From a virus (taxonomy: Duplodnaviria; Caudoviricetes), in IMG/VR virus record IMGVR_UViG_3300046786_000845, positions 1-26,383 of that record: DNA of 26,383 nt, one strand, 5' to 3'. Below the pieces are notes generated by a model. The model was not told the DNA's origin. It did not search any database and saw only the letters and a program-made list of their open reading frames with translations. Position numbers and translations under genes: made by a program. Shown one piece after another: positions 6,732 through 13,821 of the stretch. The first letter of the stretch is position 1. Each line of letters opens with the position of its first letter.

Positions 6732-7231
6732 GCCCTGGCTCCCGGACGGGGCCAGGCCACAGCCGCAGAAAGGATCCCAGGGGGGAGCTCCGCCCTGGCC
6801 AACATAAAGTGCGCCTGGCAATCCCCACACATCTCTGACCGGGTACTGTTGGCCCGATGGCGGATCACGTAAATCCGCTGCAAGGAGGCGATCTCCTCTT
6901 TTCCGCAACAGGACCACTCGACCCGCCGCTGCCGGGGTCCGCCCTCCAGGCCGACGATGCGGATAGGCCCCACCACAGTCCCCACCCCCAGCTTGCTGTT
7001 GTCCTTCAGGCCCGTTTGCTGGACCTGGTACTGGGCGCAGCGGGCGCATACCGTGCGCTCCAGCCGTTCCGCATCGACCAGCACCCGGTGGCTACGCACC
7101 ATCTCATCCCCGCAGCACTTGGCGCGCACGTCATAGGTGCGATAGCGACAATTGACAGAATCGGTGTTGAGGCGCAGGACTTCAAACGGCCCGCACGTGG
7201 AGCCGATGGGCAGATAGATGGTGGCGCGCAT
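6728..7231 (-). CDS. Hypothetical protein with two tandem Cys-ligand (zinc-ribbon-like) repeats
   Basis: Repeat 1: LPIGSTCGPFEVL...CCG...CARC. Repeat 2: LGVGTVVGPIRIV...CCG...CGDC. AGGA RBS upstream. Confidence 0.7.
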   Translation of the reverse strand: MRATIYLPIGSTCGPFEVLRLNTDSVNCRYRTYDVRAKCCGDEMVRSHRVLVDAERLERTVCARCAQYQVQQTGLKDNSKLGVGTVVGPIRIVGLEGGPRQRRVEWSCCGKEEIASLQRIYVIRHRANSTRSEMCGDCQAHFMLARAELPPGILSAAVAWPRPGARA

Positions 7232-7256
7232 CGTTATCCTGGAAAAACGCTAGGAA

Positions 7257-7287
7257 TAAAAAAGCCGGCCTTTGGTGAGGTGCCGGC
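7257..7287 (-). terminator. Intrinsic terminator downstream of the HTH gene (tR1-like position)
   Basis: Minus strand GCCGGC-acctcaccaaag-GCCGGC followed by TTTTTTA. Confidence 0.7.
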
Positions 7288-7330
7288 AAGGCTCTCTTGA
7301 TAGATGAGAGACGAGGAGGAAACCATGGGG

Positions 7331-7540
7331 CTAGGCAGCCTTGGCTGGCGTGCAGTGATCGAGCGCCCGTTCCAGTGCCAGCAGGGAGCCAATCGAGGGA
7401 TTTTTGAGCGCCCCGGTGGCGAATTTATTGACCCAGGAAAAGGAGATTTCCGGGCCAGCCAGGTGGGCGATCTCGCGCTGGGTAACGGGGGCCTCCCGTA
7501 GGCGGGTCCGCAGGTCAGAGACGTAGGTTTCTAGGTTCAT
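7331..7540 (-). CDS. Cro/Xre-like HTH regulator (69 aa), probably leaderless
   Basis: VTQREIAHLAG.EISFSWVNKFATG..KNPSIGSLLAL is an HTH_XRE pattern; ATG at 7540 lies 7 nt after a -10 box. Confidence 0.85.
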   Translation of the reverse strand: MNLETYVSDLRTRLREAPVTQREIAHLAGPEISFSWVNKFATGALKNPSIGSLLALERALDHCTPAKAA

Positions 7541-7547
7541 GGGTAGT

Positions 7548-7577
7548 AGCATAGTGCAGATAATAGGACTTGTGCAA
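7548..7577 (-). promoter_or_regulatory. Leftward sigma70-like promoter
   Basis: -35 TTGCAC (7577-7572), 18-bp spacer, -10 TATGCT (7553-7548). Confidence 0.65.
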
Positions 7578-7600
7578 GCGAAAAATTATCAAAAAAATGC

Positions 7601-7629
7601 TTTACAGGTGATTATCGTTGCACTATAGT
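7601..7629 (+). promoter_or_regulatory. Rightward sigma70-like early promoter
   Basis: -35 TTTACA (7601-7606), 17-bp spacer, -10 TATAGT (7624-7629), A-tract UP-element-like sequence upstream. Confidence 0.75.
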
Positions 7630-7677
7630 ACTCCTCAAGGCAGCCCACTCCGGGCCGCCAGCCACCGAGGAAGACCC

Positions 7678-7890
7678 ATGAACCGCCCGCCGCTGGACCT
7701 GACCCGCCTGCAAGCCGTGCGCGACCAATCCGCCTCCATCGCCATGTCCGAATGGATCGCCAGTGCCCCGCAGGACGACCTCAAGACGCTCATCACCGCC
7801 CTGGAGACCATCACCACCCTGGCCCACAGCGAGTTAGCTGGCCGGGCCTGGCAGATGTACCCCAGGACCTATCGGCGGAGCGCGGCATGA
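7678..7890 (+). CDS. Hypothetical early protein (70 aa)
   Basis: GAGGA RBS before ATG 7678; ATGA overlap with the next gene; ends RRSAA. Confidence 0.7.
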   Translation: MNRPPLDLTRLQAVRDQSASIAMSEWIASAPQDDLKTLITALETITTLAHSELAGRAWQMYPRTYRRSAA

Positions 7891-8045
7891 TGACTTTTCT
7901 GATGCTGTTGCTCCTAACCGGCGGCCTCGGCGTGCTGTTCGTCGTGCTGGCCTTCGTCAGCGATTACGCCTGGCCGTGGATTGATGCGCTGTGGTACGAG
8001 CGCAATGCACGGCCACAAGCCCGTTATTACCGGAGAAAGCCATGA
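7887..8045 (+). CDS. Small membrane protein (52 aa)
   Basis: MMTFLMLLLLTGGLGVLFVVLAFV TM segment plus basic tail; ATGA overlaps on both sides. Confidence 0.65.
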   Translation: MMTFLMLLLLTGGLGVLFVVLAFVSDYAWPWIDALWYERNARPQARYYRRKP

Positions 8046-8881
8046 TTAACGCCAAGCAAATTTCTGTTAGCCCTGGCCAAGCTGAGGAGTGGTTAAAGCT
8101 CAACACCGCCAATAGAAGGGTCAGAGGGTGGTGGGTAAAATCCTTAGCGACAATGATTAAGCGCGGCGAATGGATTACAACCCATCAGGGTGTTGCTTTC
8201 GCACAATCCGGGAAGCTGCTTGATGGCCAGCATAGATTGATGGCGATAGCTGAATCCGGTATTTCTGTTGACGTAATGGTATTTACCAACGTACCAGACA
8301 AGGCATTTATGGTACTGGATGCTGGGATAAAGCGCAGCGTACCCGATCTAACCGGGCTACCTAGCCGATGCTCAGAAGTCGCAAGGCTTGCAACTGCTAT
8401 TGCCTTACCTGGGTCAGCAACTGGAAAGATGTCATCACAATTCATTCTTGAAGTTGCTAACTGTGGCATCCTTGAGTTACATGAAAAATTGATGAATCGC
8501 TGCCCTACTTCAATCAAATATTTTAGCTGTGCCCCCGTAAGGCTTGCGGCAATACTCTTGGTCATGGATGGAAAAAATGAATCGTATGTTTATGATGTTT
8601 ATGCAAATCTTGTATATCAAGACTTTGACGCATTGCCAGGAATTGCAAAGAGTTTAATCAGGCAAGTTACCGGAGGAACGGTTGCGGCCATAAATTCCTC
8701 TGACACTCTTGGTAGAGCATTAAAAGCTCTGTCGCCAGATTATGGATCTCAAACACTTCTTAAGCTGTCCGACGCTGAAAAAGTAGCGGCAACAGTGTAC
8801 GCAAGATCAATAATAATATCGGCGCTAGAGGCATCGAATAAGCTAAAAAATAATGACTTTGACTCCAACAAACAATCATAA
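8042..8881 (+). CDS. ParB/Srx-fold protein with DGQHR motif
   Basis: NRRV...GEW...QGVAF...GKLLDGQHRLMAI...LDAGIKRS; GGAG RBS before ATG 8042; visibly AT-richer than flanks. Confidence 0.75.
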   Translation: MINAKQISVSPGQAEEWLKLNTANRRVRGWWVKSLATMIKRGEWITTHQGVAFAQSGKLLDGQHRLMAIAESGISVDVMVFTNVPDKAFMVLDAGIKRSVPDLTGLPSRCSEVARLATAIALPGSATGKMSSQFILEVANCGILELHEKLMNRCPTSIKYFSCAPVRLAAILLVMDGKNESYVYDVYANLVYQDFDALPGIAKSLIRQVTGGTVAAINSSDTLGRALKALSPDYGSQTLLKLSDAEKVAATVYARSIIISALEASNKLKNNDFDSNKQS

Positions 8882-8894
8882 ACACGAAAAAGCC

Positions 8895-9266
8895 ATGAAA
8901 ACCGCCATCCTCTCCGCCCTTCTTTTGACCGGCTGCGCGGCACAGCCCTACCAGGCGCCCACGGCCAGCTATCCCCCGCCGGTGGACCACGAAAGCGAGT
9001 GTCTCAAGGCCGTCATCACCATCAACGTCTTCAGCGACATGGCGACCCCCATGCTCAAGAAGTGCAATGCCGGCAACACGGGCGAGTGCATCCGCTTCAG
9101 CCTGTTTTTCGATCAGGTCAAGGGCAACTTGCGGCCGGATCGCATCGTTGAGTGCGTGGATAACCGCTGGCTCAACGTGTTTCACCCGCAAGTCGTGGCG
9201 TTTCGCGCCAAGACGCCAGCGATGAATGCGCAATTGGAGCGGTTCACCCAGAGGATCGGGAAATGA
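8895..9266 (+). CDS. Lipoprotein (123 aa)
   Basis: MKTAILSALLLTG|C lipobox; four further Cys. Confidence 0.75.
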   Translation: MKTAILSALLLTGCAAQPYQAPTASYPPPVDHESECLKAVITINVFSDMATPMLKKCNAGNTGECIRFSLFFDQVKGNLRPDRIVECVDNRWLNVFHPQVVAFRAKTPAMNAQLERFTQRIGK

Positions 9267-9508
9267 TGACGCGCATCAGCGGCATTCCCGCCCGCATCGA
9301 AGTTACCAGCTTCACGCCCTGGCGTCCGGCGCGGCTCTATGGGCATCCCGACAGTTGGGCCCCAGCCGAGGGCGAGATTGAGTGGAGCGTCCTGGACCGT
9401 CACGGACGGCCCGCGCCCTGGCTGGAAAAAAAGCTGACGCCCGCTGAGCGGCGGCGCATCGAGGGCGAGTTGATCGCCAATTGTGAGAACCGAGATGAGG
9501 ATTACTGA
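9263..9508 (+). CDS. Hypothetical phage protein
   Basis: 81 aa; ATGA overlap with the upstream gene; phage-typical PAEGEIEW.VLD..GRPA.WLE.KLT motif. Confidence 0.75.
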   Translation: MMTRISGIPARIEVTSFTPWRPARLYGHPDSWAPAEGEIEWSVLDRHGRPAPWLEKKLTPAERRRIEGELIANCENRDEDY

Positions 9509-9509
9509 G

Positions 9510-10478
9510 ATGGCCAGTCACAATGTTTCACCCGTGCGCGAGCAGATCCGCAACGAGATTCGCGCCGCCCTGGCCAATGGTGCCGCCATGAGTGCATCTG
9601 ACCTTTACGCACATTGCCCGAGTGCCACGGAGTCCACCGAGATCGCCCGCATAGCGCACGACATGCGGCGCACGGGCCTTCTTGATGTAGGCGATAAGGT
9701 GATTCATGCGCTGGGAATGTGGGTTAACACCTATCGCCTGCCCACCCCCGAGGACCCGCGCATCGCGGACGCCAAGCCCATCGTCGTTGAGCGCAAGATC
9801 CCCCGGACCGGCAAGCCACCCAAGCCGGCCCAGGATCACCCCTTCAAGGCGCCTATCAGCCCCAGGGCGCCCCAGGAGCGCCATGAGCGCGTGACCTGCG
9901 ACCTACCTATCCACTTGACGAGCACAGCCCCCCAGGCGGCGGCTGTGGCCCTAGACGAGGTTGAGATGAGCGAAGACCCCATGCCGTATGTCACCGACCC
10001 CGACACCTTCAACCAGGAGCCGTTGGATCCCGAGGCCGATGAGCGTATCGACTCCGACTTGGTGGACGCCCTCCTGGAGCTGGCGCACCTGGAGCCAAAG
10101 GATGCGACCGTCGATGACGCCATGACCCTCGCGAGTGAGTACGTGGGCGATCACCTTGACACCATGGCGCGGCGGCGGGAGGAACTGACCAGGACGGGAG
10201 TGCTGACCGAGACGCCGAAGGTGTGCCAGTGCCTGCGCATCAACAGCCTGCCTCGCCTGCCCAAGGGCTACGCCTATGGCGGGATCAAAGTCTGGATCGA
10301 GTCTGACCACGACATGGGCCATATGACCATCGCGACTCATGAGGAAGGGGGTGGCGCCTTTGCGACCATCAAGGTCGGTGGCCAACTGTCCTTCGATCCG
10401 GGCGAGCTTGGGATTATTGGCCAGGTGGCGGATGCGTTGATCCGGCTGCATGAGGAGATGGGTGATAACCATGAATGA
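9510..10478 (+). CDS. Hypothetical protein with wHTH-like N-terminus and a Pro-rich/acidic linker
   Basis: 322 aa from ATG 9510 (GAGGA upstream); REQIRNEIRAAL...MSASDLY...EIARIAHDMRRTGLL looks winged-helix-like. Confidence 0.65.
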   Translation: MASHNVSPVREQIRNEIRAALANGAAMSASDLYAHCPSATESTEIARIAHDMRRTGLLDVGDKVIHALGMWVNTYRLPTPEDPRIADAKPIVVERKIPRTGKPPKPAQDHPFKAPISPRAPQERHERVTCDLPIHLTSTAPQAAAVALDEVEMSEDPMPYVTDPDTFNQEPLDPEADERIDSDLVDALLELAHLEPKDATVDDAMTLASEYVGDHLDTMARRREELTRTGVLTETPKVCQCLRINSLPRLPKGYAYGGIKVWIESDHDMGHMTIATHEEGGGAFATIKVGGQLSFDPGELGIIGQVADALIRLHEEMGDNHE

Positions 10479-10884
10479 TCTTTCCCACCAACCCCTGCCC
10501 CTGGACCTCGCGTCCTGGGAGCTGATGACCGCTAAACAAGCGGAGGAAGCCGCCAGGCTGCATCGCATCGCCTGCGAAGAGCAAGTCATCACCCTGGTCG
10601 GCTTGAAGCCAGAGGGCACGCAGACCGTCAAGACCGACTATTTCAAGGTGGCAACCGTGCAAAGCCTGACCCGCAGTCTGACGCCCGATGGTGAGGCCCT
10701 GATTGAAGCGGAGGGGATTCCGATTTTCGATCAAGTGGTGCGCTATCGCCCCGAGGTGTCGGTGTCCGGCTTGAAAGCCCTGGCCACGGCGAACCCCGCC
10801 GTCTATGCCAGAGTGATTAAGGCCATTGTTACCAAACCGGGCAAGCCGGCCGTCAAGGTCGAGCCCATTGAAGGAGTCGCATAA
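10471..10884 (+). CDS. Conserved phage protein preceding the Sak4 module
   Basis: 137 aa; coiled N-terminal helix; C-terminal IVTKPGKPAVKVE. Confidence 0.7.
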   Translation: MNDLSHQPLPLDLASWELMTAKQAEEAARLHRIACEEQVITLVGLKPEGTQTVKTDYFKVATVQSLTRSLTPDGEALIEAEGIPIFDQVVRYRPEVSVSGLKALATANPAVYARVIKAIVTKPGKPAVKVEPIEGVA

Positions 10885-11733
10885 ATGGCTATTTCACTGG
10901 CCAACATCAGTCGTACCCGTCACGCCAGCCCGCCGCGGCTGGTGATTTATGGCCCCGAGAAGGTCGGTAAGTCCACCTTCTTCGCCGGGGGGCTGGTCAA
11001 TGGCGTGGTGCAAGCCGCCGCCCCCAAGCCTATTTTCATTCGCACCGAGGACGGCTTGAATGGCTTGGACGTGGATGCCTTCCCCCTGGCCGAAACCTAT
11101 GGCCAAGTCATCGAGGCCATTACCGCCCTGGCGCAAGATGACCATGACTTTCAGACAGTAGTACTGGACTCCGCTGATTGGCTGGAGCGACTGATTCATC
11201 AGTACGTCATCCAGTTGTGTCATCTCGAAGTGCGGGGCGCCAAGACCATGGAAACCGCGCACGGTGGTTATGGTAAGGCCTACAGCATTGCCCTGAATTA
11301 CTGGCGCGAGATCCTGGCCGGCCTGGACTTTCTCAATAAGCAAAAGGGCATGGTAGTGGGTGTCATCGCCCACAGCCAGGTGGTGAGCTTCAATGATCCG
11401 CTTGCAGAGCCGTTTGATATGTGGGAGACGAAGCTACATAAACCTGGAAAGGGTACGGGCGCCCGCGACCTGCTGTCGGAATGGGCTGATGTGATCGGCT
11501 TTGCCCAGCGTGAAGGTTACGTTCGCCGCCAGGACACCACGGATGGGAAACAGGTCGCCCGCGGTATCTCCGTCAAGGGCAAGAGTAACAAGCTGCACTT
11601 GGTGGGCTCCCCGGGCTTTGTCGCCGGTAATCGCTATGGCCTACCGGATGCCATCCCCCTCAACTGGAGCGCTTTTGCCGACGCTCTGGCGACCACCATG
11701 CCCTCGGCAAACAACCCAACAACCCAACCCTGA
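10885..11733 (+). CDS. Sak4-like AAA_24 ATPase (single-strand annealing protein)
   Basis: IYGPEKVGKST Walker A, TVVLDSADWLE Walker B, GYGKAY, IAH and EWADVIGFA motifs; AAGGAG RBS. Confidence 0.88.
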   Translation: MAISLANISRTRHASPPRLVIYGPEKVGKSTFFAGGLVNGVVQAAAPKPIFIRTEDGLNGLDVDAFPLAETYGQVIEAITALAQDDHDFQTVVLDSADWLERLIHQYVIQLCHLEVRGAKTMETAHGGYGKAYSIALNYWREILAGLDFLNKQKGMVVGVIAHSQVVSFNDPLAEPFDMWETKLHKPGKGTGARDLLSEWADVIGFAQREGYVRRQDTTDGKQVARGISVKGKSNKLHLVGSPGFVAGNRYGLPDAIPLNWSAFADALATTMPSANNPTTQP

Positions 11734-11749
11734 ACCTAAGGAAACCATC

Positions 11750-12262
11750 ATGGCTTTTATTCAATTCGACGCGACTGACATCCCCACCGATGCCCCCCGC
11801 GAAGCCCTCCCCGCCGGCGATTATCCGGTGGTGATTACCGACTCCGGCATAAAGATCGCCAAAAGTGGCGGCGAGTACCTGGAGCTGGTACTGCAAGTCA
11901 TCGACGGCCCCTATTGCAATCGATTGGTGTGGGACCGCATCATCCTCAGCAACCCCAGCCCCAAGGCGGTGGAGATTGGCAAGCGCACCCTCTCGCAGAT
12001 TTGCCACGCGGTCGGCTTGCTACAGGTTCAGGACAGCGTCCAACTGCACAACATCCCTCTCATGGCCAGGCTGAAATACAAGGACGACCCGCAATGGGGA
12101 CCGAGCAATGACGTGGGCAGCTATCGCGCCATGAGTCAGGCTCCCGCTACCCCCAGCTTTGCTCAGCCGGCCCCCAGTGCCGCGCCCTTCGCCGCACCGC
12201 CGCCGCGTCCCGCCGCCCCCATAGCGGGTGCCGCCCCGCCGTGGGCGGCCAAGGCGGCTTAG
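11750..12262 (+). CDS. DUF669-type single-stranded DNA-binding protein
   Basis: LPAGDYPVVI...KSGGEYLEL...GPY..RLVWDRI...LSQICHAVG; Pro/Ala tail ending PPW; AAGGA RBS before ATG 11750. Confidence 0.85.
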   Translation: MAFIQFDATDIPTDAPREALPAGDYPVVITDSGIKIAKSGGEYLELVLQVIDGPYCNRLVWDRIILSNPSPKAVEIGKRTLSQICHAVGLLQVQDSVQLHNIPLMARLKYKDDPQWGPSNDVGSYRAMSQAPATPSFAQPAPSAAPFAAPPPRPAAPIAGAAPPWAAKAA

Positions 12263-12270
12263 GCACTGAC

Positions 12271-12294
12271 CCCGCCCGGCGTGATCCGGGCGGG
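12271..12294 (+). other. GC-rich hairpin after the SSB gene (pause/stability element or weak terminator)
   Basis: Perfect 9-bp stem CCCGCCCGG-cgtgat-CCGGGCGGG; no U-tract. Confidence 0.5.
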
Positions 12295-12322
12295 AACCTA
12301 CCCCGTATTGACTGGAACTATC

Positions 12323-13309
12323 ATGGCCCCGCTCCCCAAGCCCACCGCCGCGACCGTGACCGTGACCGCCATCTATCGCGCCTATGAACAGCAGGCCGAT
12401 GCTGGTCAGCGCCCCCGCCTGGGGGCTTCTGTGATCGGGAGGGAGTGTGAGCGTGCCTTGTGGTATGCCTTTCGCTGGGTGCGGCCAGAACAGCATGACG
12501 GGCGGGTGCTGCGGCTGTTCCAGCGCGGTCAACGGGAAGAGGCGATCTTTGTCGCGGATCTGCGTGCCATCGGCTGCACCGTCCACGACGTGGACCCGGT
12601 CACTGGCGAGCAATTTCGCTTTGCCGATCTGAGCGGGCATCTGGGCGGGTCCATGGATGGCGCTGTCCTGGGGGTGCCGGAGGCGCCGCAGACGTGGCAC
12701 TGCGCCGAATTCAAGACCCACAACGCCAAGAGCTTTAATTACCTGGAGAGCAAAGGGGTGGCGGTCGCCAAACCCGAGCATCAGGCCCAGATGCAGTTGT
12801 ACATGGCCTGGTCAGGGATGACCCGCGCCCTCTATCTGGCGGTGTGCAAGGACACCGATGCCCTGTACAGCGAACGGTTACACGCCGACCCCGCGCAAGC
12901 CCAAGCCCTGATCGCCAAGGCTCGGCGCATCATCACCGCCGCTGAACCGCCAGCCCGGATCTCAGAGCGCCCGGATTGGTATCAGTGTCAGTGGTGCTCA
13001 TACCGGACCCTGTGCCATGAGGGCGCCCTACCCGCGGTGAACTGCCGCACCTGTGCCCATGCCACGCCCGAACTGGAGGGCGAAGGTGGGCGCTGGAGCT
13101 GCGCACGCTTCGCCTGCGATCTCCACCTGGAGGTGCAACGGCGCGGCAATGAGTGCTTGCAACACGTCTTCATCCCCGCCCTGGTGCCCTGGCCCGCGGT
13201 GGACGCCGACCCAGAGGCCGGCAGCATCACTTATCAGATGCCTTTGGGGGGGCTGGTGGTGAATGGACCTGGCGGGGTGAGGAGCAAAAATTTAGGAACA
13301 ATTAAATGA
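12323..13309 (+). CDS. Cas4/RecB-like PD-(D/E)xK exonuclease
   Basis: LGASVIGREC; MDG...EFKT...AQMQLYM nuclease motifs; CQWC-x5-C cluster ligands; extra CRTC/C/C/H set. Confidence 0.85.
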   Translation: MAPLPKPTAATVTVTAIYRAYEQQADAGQRPRLGASVIGRECERALWYAFRWVRPEQHDGRVLRLFQRGQREEAIFVADLRAIGCTVHDVDPVTGEQFRFADLSGHLGGSMDGAVLGVPEAPQTWHCAEFKTHNAKSFNYLESKGVAVAKPEHQAQMQLYMAWSGMTRALYLAVCKDTDALYSERLHADPAQAQALIAKARRIITAAEPPARISERPDWYQCQWCSYRTLCHEGALPAVNCRTCAHATPELEGEGGRWSCARFACDLHLEVQRRGNECLQHVFIPALVPWPAVDADPEAGSITYQMPLGGLVVNGPGGVRSKNLGTIK

Positions 13310-13821
13310 AAAAACTTGTATGGCATACCACGGAAGAAATGGAGCCTGATCAAAGTGGTCATTATTTGGTGTGCGGTCAAGGCGGTTTATTGCCACGAGT
13401 TGCTTATTTTGATCGTTTCTGTAGCGGAGGTGATTGGTATGAGGTTGTTTCGGTCAATGTGGCAAGGGATATTTTGCAAGAGCTTTGTCAAATCATGTTT
13501 GGCAAGGAGCTTAATGAGGAGTTCGACGAATACCATGATGACGAGCAATACGAATACGTAAACGATATGCTCACCTGTATTATTGAAGGCTACGATAAAA
13601 AGCATTTTCCACTTTCAGACGCTGAGGTCTTTGCTATGAAAACGAACATCGAAGCATGGTGTGAGTTGCCTGAATATTATACGATTGGCGATGATGAAGA
13701 GTACGTCAACAATCAAGAAGCAATTGATATAACCACGGCGATTGAGCCAGTCATTCGGCGATACTTGATGAATCGCCGTCATCATGCGGGACCAGCCCCG
13801 TGGCTGGCAGAGCAATCATGA
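13306..13821 (+). CDS. Acidic hypothetical protein, DUF551-like frame (W..TEE.P..SG.YLV ... AW.ELPE)
   Basis: AGGA RBS; ATGA overlaps on both sides; visibly AT-richer than flanks. Confidence 0.65.
   Translation: MKKLVWHTTEEMEPDQSGHYLVCGQGGLLPRVAYFDRFCSGGDWYEVVSVNVARDILQELCQIMFGKELNEEFDEYHDDEQYEYVNDMLTCIIEGYDKKHFPLSDAEVFAMKTNIEAWCELPEYYTIGDDEEYVNNQEAIDITTAIEPVIRRYLMNRRHHAGPAPWLAEQS

Noticed and set aside
8042-8881. Dnd phosphorothioation system
   Set aside because: Only a DGQHR motif is present; no dndA/C/D/E-like neighbours.
12323-13309. CRISPR-associated Cas4 / CRISPR locus
   Set aside because: No repeat-spacer array or cas1/cas2 seen; the Sak4-SSB-exonuclease-helicase context is a standard phage recombination module.
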